Assembly: GCF_963921235.1 (NCBI RefSeq)
Contig: NC_086108.1
Span: 115,508,001-115,572,000, forward strand
DNA length: 64,000 nucleotides
From: Mobula hypostoma
Lineage: Eukaryota
Direction: 5' to 3'
Part shown: piece by piece, positions 36,544-47,502 of the stretch
Numbering within the stretch: the first letter of the stretch is position 1
Layout of the letters: each line of letters starts with the position of its first letter
Position numbers and translations under genes: made by a program
Notes under the pieces: generated by a model
What the model was told of the DNA's origin: nothing
Seen by the model: the letters and a program-made list of their open reading frames with translations, nothing else
Databases searched by the model: none

Positions 36544-39500
36544 ATAGCCATATAACAGTTACAGCACGGAAACAGGCCATCTCGGCCCTTCTAGTCCATG
36601 CCGAACTCTTACTCTCACCTAGTCCCACGGACCTGCACTCAGCCCATAACCCTCCATTCCTTTCCTGTCCATATAGCTATCCAATTTTACAAATGACAAT
36701 ATCGAACCTGCCTCTACCACTTCTGCTGGAAGCTCGTTCCACACAGCTACCACTCTTTGAGTAAAGAAGTTCTCTCTTGTGTTACCCCTAAACTTTTGCC
36801 CTTTAACTCTCAACTCATGTCCTCTTGTTTGAATTTCCCCCACTCTCAATGGAAAAAGCCTATCCACTCTATCTAACCCCTTCATCATCTTAAATACCTC
36901 TATCAAGTTCCCCCTCAACCTTCTACGCTCCAAAGAATAAAGACCCAACTTGTTCAACCTTTCTCTGTAACTTAGGTGCTGAAACCCAGGTAACATTCTA
37001 GTAAATCTCCTCTGTACTCTCTCAATTTTGTAGACATCTTTCCTACAATTCGGTGACCAGAACTGTACACAATACTCCAAATTTGGTCTTACCAATGCCT
37101 TGTAGAATTTTAACATTACATCCCAACTCCTATACTCAATGCTTTGATTTATAAAGGCCAGCATACCAAAAGCTTTCTTCACCACCCTATCCACATGAGA
37201 TTCCACCTTCAGGGAACTATGCACCATTATTCCTAGATCCCTCTGTTCTACTGTATTCTTCAATGCCCTACCATTTACCATGTATGTCCTATTTTGATTA
37301 GTCCTACTAAAATATAGCACCTCACATTTTTCAACATTAAACTCCATCTCCCATCTTTCAGCCCACTCTTCTAACTGGCCTAAATCTCTCTGCAAGCTTT
37401 GAAAACCCACTTCATTATCCACAACGCCACCTATCTTAATATCATCTGCATACTTACTCATCCAATTTACCACCCCATCATCCAGATCATTAATATATAT
37501 GACAAACAACATTGGACCCAGCACAGATCCCTGAGGCACACCGCTAGTCACCGGCCTCCAACCTGACACACAGTTATCCACCACTACTCTCTGGCGTCTC
37601 CCATCCAGCCACTGTTGAATCCATTTTACTACTTCAATATTAATGCCTAACGATTGAACCTTCCTAACTAACCTTCCCTGTTGAACCTTGTCAAAGGCCT
37701 TACTGAAGTCCATATAGACAACATCCACTGCTTTACCCTTGTAACTTTCCTAGTAACCTCTTCAAAAAATTCAATAAGATTTGTCAAACCTAACCTTCCA
37801 CGCACAAATCTATGTTGACTGTTCCTAATTAGATACTGTCTATCCAGATAATTATATATACCATCTCTAAGAATACTTTCCATTAATTTACCCACCACTG
37901 ACATCAAACTTACAGGCTGATAATTTCTAGGTTTACTCTTAGAACCCTTTTTAAACAATGGAACAACATGAGCAATATCCCAATCCTCCGGAACCATCCC
38001 TGTTTCTAATGACATTTGAAATATTTCTGTCAGAGCCCCTGCTATTTCCACTCAAACTTCCCTCAAGGTCCTAGGCAATATCCTGTCAGGACCCGGAGAC
38101 TTATCCACTTTTATATTCCTTAAAAGCGCCAATACTTCCTCTTCTTTAATCATCATAGTTTCCATAACTTCCCTACCTGTTTCCCTTACCTTACACAATT
38201 CAATATCCTTCTCCTTAGTGAATACCAAAGAAAAGAAATTGTTCAAAATCTCCCTCATCTCTTTTAGCTCCGCACATAGCTGTCCACTCTGATTCTCTAA
38301 GGGACCAATTTTATCCCTCACTATCCTTTTGCTATTAATTTAACAGTAGAAACCCTTTGGATTTATTTTCACCTTACTTGCTAAAGCAGCCTCATATCTT
38401 CTTTTAGCTTTTCTAATTTCTTTCTTAAGATTCTTTTCACATTCTTTATATTCCTCGAGCACCTCATTTACTCCATGCTGCCTATATGTATTGTAGATAT
38501 CTCTCTTTTTCCCAAACCAAATTTCCAATATCTCTTGAAAACCATGGCTCTCTCAAACTTTTAACCTTTCCTTACAACCTAACAGGAACATAAAGATTCT
38601 GTACCCTCAAAATTTCACCCTTATACGACCTCCATTTCTCTAATACATCCTTCCCATAAAACAAATTGTCCCAATCCACTCGTTCTAAATCCTTTTGCAT
38701 CTCCTTAAAGTTGGCCTTTTTCCAATCAAAAATCTCAACCCTGGGTCCAGACCTATCCTTCTCCATAATTATATTGAAACTTATGGCATTGTGATCACTG
38801 GACCCGAAGTGCTCCCCAACACAAACCTCTGTCACCTGACTTATCTCATTCCCTAATAGGAGATCCAACACTGCCCCTTCTCTAGTTGGTACCTCTATGT
38901 ATTGCTGCAAAAAACTATCCTGCACACATTTTACAAACTCCAAACCATCCAGCCCTTTTTGCAGTATGGGCTTCCCAGTCTATGTGTGGAAAATTAAAAT
39001 CTCCCACAATCACATCCTTGTGCTTACTACAAATATCTGATATCTCCTTACAAATTTGCTCCTCTAATTCTCGCTCCCCATTCGGTGGTCTATAATATAC
39101 CCCTATAAATGTTACTACACCTTTCCCATTCATCAATTCCACCCAAATAGTCTCCCTAGACGAGCCCTCTAATCTATCCTGCCGGAGCACCGCTGTAATA
39201 TTTTCTCTGGCAAGCAATGCAACGCCTCCCCCTCTTGTCCTTCCAATCCTATCACACCTGAAGCAATGAAATCCAGGAATATTTAGTTGCCAATCACACC
39301 CCTCCTGCAACCACATTTCACTACTAGCTACAACATCATACTTCTAGATATCAATCCATGCTCTAAGCTCATCCACCTTTCTTACAGATAAATGCATTTA
39401 AGAAATTTTCCACCTCTTACTCTCTGTTTATCACTAATGGTGCAAACATCTTTACTATCACCTTTTTCTTTCTTCTCCCCTACATCTGTTCCGACACTCT

Positions 39501-39808
39501 GGTTCCCCTCCCCCCCCTTGTATCTAGTTTAAATCCACGGGAGCCTCTCTAGCAAACCTACTTGCAAGAATATTTGTCCCCCTCCAGTTCAGCTGTAAAC
39601 TGTCCCGCCGGAACAGGTCCCACCTTCCCTGGAAAACTGCCCAATTATCTATAAATCTGAAGCCCTCCTCCTGCCCCATGTCTTCAGCCACGTGTTGATC
39701 TGTGCTATCTTACTATTTCTAAACCCGCCTGCATGGGGCACTAGTAGCAATCCTGAGATTGCTATCCTGGAGGTCCTGTCCTTTAACTTGGCGCCTAACT
39801 CCCTAAAC
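36544..39808 (-). mobile_element. CR1 LINE (end of ORF1 plus complete but decayed ORF2), (CCATATAA)-tail family
   Basis: APE fragments 38572-39316, RT 36619-38051 (KYADD); same family as 55944-57562. Confidence 0.92.
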
Positions 39809-39809
39809 T

Positions 39810-41120
39810 TTGTTCATGATACTCCTCACATTAAAACAGACACATCTCAAACCATCGGAACTAGCGCTTCCCTTCTTGATCACCCTTCTATCCTCCCTTT
39901 CACACTGTCTCCAAGCTTTCTCTATTTGTGAGCCAACTGCCCTTTCCTCCGTCACTTCAGTTCAGTTCCCACTCCCCAGCAATTCTAGTTTAAACTCTCC
40001 CCAGTAGCCTTAGCAAACCTCCCTGCCAGGATATTCGTCCCCCTCGGATTCAAGTGCAACCCGTCCTTTTTCTACAGGTCACACCTGCCCCTGAAGAGGT
40101 CCCAATGATCCAGAAATCTGAATTTCTGCTCCCTGCTCCAATCTCTCAGCCACACACTTATCCTCCACCTCATTCTATTCCTATACTCACTGTCACGTGG
40201 CACAGGCAGTAATCCCGAGATTACCACCTTTGAGGTCCTGCTTCTCAACTTCCTTCCTATCTCCCTGTAGTCTGTTTTCAGGACCTCTTCCCTTTTCCTA
40301 CTTATGTCGTTGGTACCAATATGTACCATGACCTCTGGCTGGTCTCCTTCCCACTTCAGGATATCATGGACACGATCAGAAACATCCTGGACCCTGGCAC
40401 CTGGGAGGCAAACTACCATCTGCGTTTCTTTCCTGCATCCACAGAATTGCCTGTCTGACCCCCTAACTATAGAGTCCTGTATCACTGCTGCCATCCTCTC
40501 CCTTTACCTACCCTTCTGAGCCACAGGGCCAGACTCTGTGCCAGAGGCACGACTAACGTTGCTTCCCTGAGGTAGGCTGTCTCCCCCAATGGTACCAAAC
40601 AGGAGTACTTATTGTAAAGGGGTACAGCCACAGGGGTACTCTCCAGTATCTGACTCCTGCCCTTCCCTTTCCTGACTGTTACACACTTATCTGTCTCTCC
40701 AGGCCCTGGTGTGACTACCTGCCTATAGCTCTTCTCTATCAACTCCTCACTCTCCCTGACCAGACAAGAGTCATCGAGCTGCATCTCCAGTTCCCTAACA
40801 CGGTCCCTAAGGAACTGCAGCTCGATGCACCTGGCGCAGATATGGCCGTCCGGGAGGTTGGGAATCTCCTGGACCTCCACATCTGACACTGAGCGCAGAA
40901 AACCGGCCTCACACACATACTTTCTGTCTTTATTTTAAACAGATAACCTACCTGACTTCGACTCTTTATCGCCTAAGCCTCGTTGAGCCAAAGCCTTCCT
41001 ACTCTGTCGCCCACTCCTCAATGCCCACTCTGTAAACATGTCTTCTTTTCAAACTCTTCCCACTGTTCTCACTGCCCGACCACCACGAGCTTGCACAGTC
41101 ATGCCCTGTTCAAACCGCTG
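39810..41120 (-). mobile_element. CR1 5' region: 5'UTR, ORF1 (Zn-finger/coiled coil plus SGNH esterase) and start of ORF2
   Basis: HICARCIELQFLRDRVRELE, DSIVRG, CLPGARVQD, VHIGTNDI, LDHWDLF. Confidence 0.85.
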
Positions 41121-41611
41121 AAGAAATATCCTTTCAATAATTTTCCCACTACTCTCAGGCTCACCTGCTTATGATTTCCTGAATATTCTTCGAGCTTTTC
41201 ATTATCAATGAACACCATTAGCTATCCTCTAATCCTCTGGCACCTCAGCCATTGCTAAGGATATTTTAAATATCTCTGCCAGAGGCCAATATCTCTACTA
41301 CAGCCCAGATTTTCAGATTTCTAGTTTTTATTGATTTTCATTTTTGTTAATTTTACAGATGATTAACTTTATGATTAGCAATGGTGTACAATTTGGATTT
41401 CTGAAACAAATTATTGATGTTGTACGTATATAGATAATATTTTCCATATTACACATCACAAAGTATTTACTCACGATCCCAGGGTAACCCCTGGTTATTG
41501 AGAAAGTTCCTCAAGTGGTCAGTCTGGGTCGATGTATTTCACTGGGCTTGACTGACTCCGGATTTCCTTATCCCCCATTAGAATTCCGTCTCCATGCAAA
41601 CTGAGGCCAGA

Positions 41612-41960
41612 GGAATCAGAATTGGGTTCAATATCACTGCCATTTCTCATGAAATTGTTGTTTTGCAGGAGCAGTATGTTGCAATACATAATAAAAACTG
41701 TAAATTACAATTGGAAACATAAAAATATTAAGTAAGTCGTGTAAAAAGAGAGGGAAAGCAGTGAGGTGGTGTTCATGGGTTCATTGTCTGTTCAGAAATC
41801 TGACAGCAGAGGGGAAGAAGCTGTTCCTGAAAAATTGAGTGTGTGTCTTCAGGCTCCTGCACCTCCACCTTGGTGGTAGCAATGAGATGAGGGCACATCC
41901 AGGGTGATGGCCACTGATAATTGTCTTCTGCCTCCTGGACCTTCTCCCTGACGGTAAGAA
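41612..41960 (-). mobile_element. Rex1/Babar 3' end
   Basis: RSLKTHTQFFRNSFFPSAVRFLN; gaatcagaat tail. Confidence 0.75.
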
Positions 41961-42244
41961 TGAGACGAGGGCATATCGGGGGCGATGGCAATTATAATAA
42001 AGAAATGGCAGCAAGTATTTTGTTTGAAGTTATGGAAAAAAATCACAGCATACTTTTCGGAAATAGTGGAGGATCACAGATGCAGCGTGCATGAAGAACT
42101 CAAAGGAATTGTAATTAATGTTGGAGAAGCTAATGGGATTGAGAGGCAGTATGTACCAGGACCTGATGGACAGAGGCTATCCACACATTCTGGCACTAAT
42201 ATAGCACGCCAACAATGTTCATCAGAGTAACACAAGCAACAACA

Positions 42245-42500
42245 ACACCAAAAGCTCACCAGCACCTTTCCTTCCTGAGGACGCTGAAGGGAGCTGGTCT
42301 CTGCACATCTATACTCACGTCACTCTACAGATACATCCCAACAAGCTGCATCACTGCGTGGTACGGAGACTGCACCGGGGGCGGACAGCGGGTAGCCACA
42401 ACTGCTCAATGCATCGCCGGCATCGGCCTGGCTGCCATCAAGGAAAGGCTCCGGAAAAGGACCAGGAACGTCATGAGGGATCCCACCACCCTGCTCATCA
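42245..42500 (+). mobile_element. Rex1/Babar fragment
   Basis: KAHQHLSFLRTLK...TSCITAWYGDC. Confidence 0.65.
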
Positions 42501-42579
42501 GAGAGGAGGCTATATCATTTCCTGTCAGAGTCACATTGTGGACATAATGAATCGACATATAGAAACTATAGGCCCAACA

Positions 42580-43122
42580 GAGAGAGAGGGAGACGGAGGG
42601 GTAGAGGGTGAGGGAGAGGAAGAGGGAGGGCGGAGTGGAGAGAGAGTACGAGGGAGAGAGAGAGGGAGTGGGAGAGGAAGAGAGAGGGAGAGGGGAGAGG
42701 GAAAAGAAGGGACTGGAGAGAAAGAAAGGGAAGTGGAGGAGAGGGGGAGAGGGAGGGGACCGAGAGATGGAGGGGCTGTGGATAGAAAGAGGAGAGGGAG
42801 AGGGAAGGGAGGGAGAAGGGAGGGAGAAGGGAGGGAGAAGGGAGGGAGAAGGGAGGGAGAAGGGAGGGAGAAGGGAGAGGCGGAAAGTGAGGGGAGGAGA
42901 AGGTGGGGGATGGGAGATGGAGGGTGAGAAGGAAAGGGAGAGGGGATAGGAGAGGGGGGTGTGGAGAGAGGAGGGAAAAATGGAGAGGGAGAAAGAGAAG
43001 GAGGGAGGAGGAGAGAGGTAGAGAAGGAGAGAGAGAGGGAGAGGGACAGGGTGGGAGAGAAAGAGTGGGAGGGCAGGGGTAGAAGAAGGCGGGAAGAAGG
43101 AGTGGGTCAGAGAGGAGAAAGG
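42580..43122. repeat. GA-rich low-complexity tract (left part of the tract the Gypsy element inserted into)
   Basis: Directly visible; continues after 47497. Confidence 0.9.
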
Positions 43123-43351
43123 TGTGGTAAACCATGTATATATGTTGTAACTGGGTTGCCTGTCTGGACACACCCCTCTGCTGACTGCCCCTGTGGCTCC
43201 TCCCACAGAGTCCTGTATAAAGGTGTTCGCCTTGCCCCTCCCCCTCAGTCCGGGGGCAGACACTCACTGTGGAGGTCGTATTGTACAGTGAATAAAAGCC
43301 TTTCAGTACTTTACCAAACCTCAGTCTTTTGGAGTAATTGAAAGTGCTTCA
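43123..43351 (+). promoter_or_regulatory. 5' LTR with TATA box (43216-43221), Inr-like TCAGT (43245-43249) and AATAAA (43291-43296)
   Basis: Motifs at canonical spacing; differs from the 3' LTR by 8 substitutions and 1 indel over ~218 bp (manual count). Confidence 0.85.
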
Positions 43352-43377
43352 ATTTTATTCGCTGTACATTTTAAAAC

Positions 43378-44310
43378 ATGGAACAGGCTCTGAGACCAGA
43401 CAAATTAGACCTCGATCCACAAATGCCTGACGCTGGAAACGCTTTCGAACTCTGGCTGGCCTGCTTCGAAGCGTATCTAGAGGAGATTAAAGCGACCGAC
43501 CCCGTAGTGAAGCGCAGAGTTCTACTCTCCAGGGTCAGTCCACGGGTTTATTCGCTGATCAGAGACCAGCCGAACTACGACGGCGCGATGAACGCACTCA
43601 AAAGACAATACCTGCGGCTGATAAACAGCGTCTATGCTCGGCATCGCTTAGCGACACGGCAACAACGGTCCGGGGAATCGAGTGCTGAGTTTGTCCAGAC
43701 CCTACAGACACTCGTGCGGGTCTGCAATTGCCAGGAGCTGACGGGGGCGCAGCATGCAGAACTCCTAGTGAGAAACGCCTTCGTTACGGGGACCAGGTCA
43801 GTGTACGTGCGCCAGCGGCTGCTGGAAAAAGCCGATCTTACCCTAAGTTCGGTGATGGAGCTGGCTGATACGTTGGAGGCCGCTCTGCATAACTCCGAGG
43901 CTCTCCAGGCACGCGATCCCTCGATGGCCTCGTGGGCGCCGCAGACCCCGCAGCCCGCCGGCGAATCGACCTCGGCTGCAGCCAGTCGTGAGTCCACGAA
44001 GTGCTACTTCTGCGGACTGGAGAAGCACCCCCGGAAACGCTGCGCGGCCCGACAAGCTACCTGTTCCAGCTGCGGAAAGAAGGGCCACTTCGCCAAGGTC
44101 TGTAAGTCAAAACCGCGAGCGGGATCGAACAGCGCCGTATGCGAGACATGGAGGCCACCATCTTCCCTGCATGCTACCACCACGTGCGAGACATGGGGGT
44201 GGCCATCTTGGTTGGCGCCACCTCCCACCGCCTACGACCAACGGGTGCTCACGGGCCACCCCACCGTGCCGGACCGGACCAAGACAGCGACCCCAACCTG
44301 GTTTCCGTGA
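43378..44310 (+). CDS. gag: Gag protein with zinc knuckles
   Basis: Open 310-aa ORF with CYFCGLEKHPRKRC and CSSCGKKGHFAKVC. Confidence 0.9.
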   Translation: MEQALRPDKLDLDPQMPDAGNAFELWLACFEAYLEEIKATDPVVKRRVLLSRVSPRVYSLIRDQPNYDGAMNALKRQYLRLINSVYARHRLATRQQRSGESSAEFVQTLQTLVRVCNCQELTGAQHAELLVRNAFVTGTRSVYVRQRLLEKADLTLSSVMELADTLEAALHNSEALQARDPSMASWAPQTPQPAGESTSAAASRESTKCYFCGLEKHPRKRCAARQATCSSCGKKGHFAKVCKSKPRAGSNSAVCETWRPPSSLHATTTCETWGWPSWLAPPPTAYDQRVLTGHPTVPDRTKTATPTWFP

Positions 44311-47194
44311 CCCTCGACCAAAGCGCTCCCCACCAGCTCGCAATGTCAATGATGGACATCCTGGTGGAGGGGCACAGGACAAGCTGCCTGTTTGACACAG
44401 GCAGCACGGAGAGTTTTATCCACCCGGCCACGGTGCAGCATTGTGGACTCATGATACGGCCGGTAAGTCAGAGGGTCACCATGGCCTCCAGGTCGCATAC
44501 AACAGACATCCGGGGGGGTTGTGTAGCGACACTAGTGGTGCAGGGCACAGAATATCGGGACTTTAAGTTACTGGTCTTGCCTCAACTGTGTGCCCCTGTG
44601 CTGTTGGGGTTGGACTTCCAGAGCCACCTGAAAAGCGTGACAATGAAGTATGATGGGCCCCTCCCGCCAATTACTGTCATAAATCCCCTGTTTTGTAGAG
44701 ATATGTCACGTACCCCGCTACTGACCACACACACACACCGACCTGCGCATCCCATCCAACATCATGCCAACTGCCACACTACCGACACCACCCTCAGGAT
44801 CCCTCCCCCACTGCTGTTCGCCAACCTGACCCCCGACTGTAAACCTGTGGCAACTAAAAGCAGGAGGTACAGCGCGGGGGACAGAGCCTTCATTAAGTCG
44901 GAGGTGCAGCGGCTGCTCAGGGAGGGGGTCATTGAGGCAAGCACAAGTCCTTGGAGGGCGCAGGTGGTGGTTGTTCAGAACGGGGAGAAGAATAGGATGG
45001 TCGTGGACTATAGCCAGACCATCAATAGGTTCTCGCAGCTCGACGCGTACCCTCTACCCCGCATCGCGGATATGGTCAATCAGATAGCACGGTACAAGGT
45101 GTACTCGACCATAGACCTAAAATCCGCTTACCATCAGCTCCCCATCCGCCGAGAGGACCGCCCTTACACCGCCTTCGAGGCAGACGGCAGGCTTTATCAA
45201 TTCCTACGCGTCCCCTTTAGTGTCACGAATGGTGTATCTGTCTTCCAGAGGGCAATGGACGGGATGGTGGACCAGTGCCAACTGAAGGCCACGTTCCCAT
45301 ATCTGGATAACATCACCATCTGCGGTCACGACCGGCAGGATCACGACAACAACCTCCAAAAATTTCTCCAAGTGGCCAAAGCCGTCAATCTCACCTATAA
45401 CAAGGACAAGTGTGTATTTGGGACCACCCGACTTGCTATCCTTGGGTGTGTCGTAGAGAATGGAGTCATTGGCCCTGACCCCGACCGTATGCGCCCCCTG
45501 TTGGAACTCCCTCTTCCCAACACCCTCAGGGCCCTCAAAAGGTGCCTGGGCTTCTTTTCATATTATGTCCAATGGGTCTCTAACTATGCAGACAAGGCCC
45601 GCCCCCTGGTCAAGTCCACCACATTCCCCCTCTCTGCCGAGGCCCACGCGGCCTTCAACCGCATTAAAGGGGACATTGCCAAAGCAGCAATGCATGCGGT
45701 GGATGAGGCCATTCCCTTCCAAGTAGAGAGTGACGCCTCCGACTTTGTGCTGGCTGCTACCCTCAACCAGGCAGGAAGACCAGTGGCGTTCTTCTCCCGT
45801 ACCCTTCAAGGCCCTGAAATTCGGCACTCTGCGGTAGAGAAAAAGGCCCAGGCCATAGTGGAAGCTATAAGGCACTGGAGGCACTATCTTGCCGGCAAAA
45901 GGTTCACCCTGCTAACTGACCAGCGCTCAGTCGCGTTCATGTTTAATAATCAGCAGCGGAGCAAAATCAAAAATGATAAAATTCTGAGGTGGAGAATCGA
46001 ACTCTCCACCTACAACTATGACATCATGTACAGGCCTGGGAAGCTCAACGAGCCCTCCGATGCCCTATCCCGGGGAACATGTGCCAGCGCGCAGATCGAC
46101 CGGCTATACGCCCTACATGTAGACCTTTGCCACCCGGGGGTCACCCGGCTTTTCCACTTTGTGAAAGCCCGGAACCTGCCTTACTCCCTTGAGGAGATCA
46201 GGATGATGACCAGGGACTGCCAAGTCTGCGCAGAGTGCAAACCGCACTTCTACCGACCCGAAAAGGCACCACTCATCAAGGCCACCCGCCCCTTTGAGCG
46301 ACTGAGTGTTGACTTTAAGGGCCCCCTTCCCTCCACCGACCGCAATGTGTACTTTCTTAACGTTATCGACGAATACTCGCGGTTCCCCTTCGCCATCCCC
46401 TGCCCCGACACCACTACCACATCAGTTACAAAAGCCCTGCGCAAGCTCTTCACTCTGTTCGGATACCCATGCTATATCCACAGTGACAGAGGGTCCTCGT
46501 TTATGAGTGACGAGCTGCGCCAATATCTACTGGCTAGGGGAATTGCAACCAGTAGGACCACGAGCTATAATCCGGGGGGAATGGACAGGTGGAGAAGGAG
46601 AATGCCACGGTGTGGAAAGCCACACTCTTAGCCCTCAGGTCAAAGGGACTGCCGGTCTCCCGCTGGCAGGAGGTCCTTCCCGAGGCACTCCACTCCATCC
46701 GCTCCCTGTTATGCACGTCCACCAATGTCACCCCTCATGGGCGGCTCTTTTCTTTTCCCAGAAAATCGACCACTGGAACCACCCTACCATCTTGGCTGAT
46801 GTCCCCGGGGCCAATGCTGCTCCGGAAACATGCGAGGAGCCATAAATACTCCCCGATAGTCGAGAGGGTTCACTTACTTCATGCGAACCCCCAGTATGCC
46901 TACGTGGTTTTACCTGATGGGCGGGAGGACATGGTCTCCATCCGTGACCTGGTGCCCGCAGGAGCACCGGGCCCCTACCCTGAACACTCTATGGTGACTA
47001 TTGACCCCGTACCCACCAACGTATGTACCTACGAGACACTGCGCACTCCAAACCCTACACAGACACTACACGACACTCCCATACCGGGCGCGACGCACAC
47101 GCACAAGGGATTACCGACGCCTAACGTGCTGGCACCTGAAGTCAGGCCGGAGCCAGCACAACCGCCATCGCCGGTGCTACGTAGATCACAGTGA
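44139..47194 (+). pseudogene. pol: Pol (aspartic protease, RT, RNase H, integrase) with a frameshift near 46575
   Basis: LFDTGS; SPW, RMVVDY, IDLKSAYHQ, YLDNI; ESDASD, LTDQR; HHCC (H..CHPG..CQVC); DDE (SVDFKG, HSDRG, then QVEKEN in the shifted frame continuing as ORF 46589-47194). Confidence 0.92.
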
Positions 47195-47502
47195 CGGACT
47201 CGACCGCCTGATAGGCTTGACCTGTAAATATTGTCAGTCACTTCACCCCGCAGGACTCTTTTAAAAAAAATTTTAAAAAAATGTATATATGTTGTAACTC
47301 GGTTACCTGTCTGGACACACCCCCCTGCTGACTGCCTCTGTGGCTCCTCCCACAGAGTCCTGTATAAAGGTGTTCGCCTTGCCCCTCCCCCTCAGTCCAG
47401 GGGCAGACACTCACTGTGGAGGTCGTATTGTACAGCGAAAAAAGCCTTTCAGTATTTTACCAAACCTCAGTCTTTTGGAGTAATTGAAGGTGCTTCAAAA
47501 GG

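Larger units (their letters stand above)
43123..47497 (+). mobile_element. Near full-length Ty3/Gypsy LTR retrotransposon
   Basis: 5' LTR TG...CA at 43123-43351, 3' LTR 47281-47497, TSD AAAGG (43118-43122 and 47498-47502), gag followed by PR-RT-RH-IN. Confidence 0.97.

Noticed and set aside
42406..43341. Several 110-285-aa ORFs
   Set aside because: They span the GA low-complexity tract and the LTR, and are compositional artefacts.
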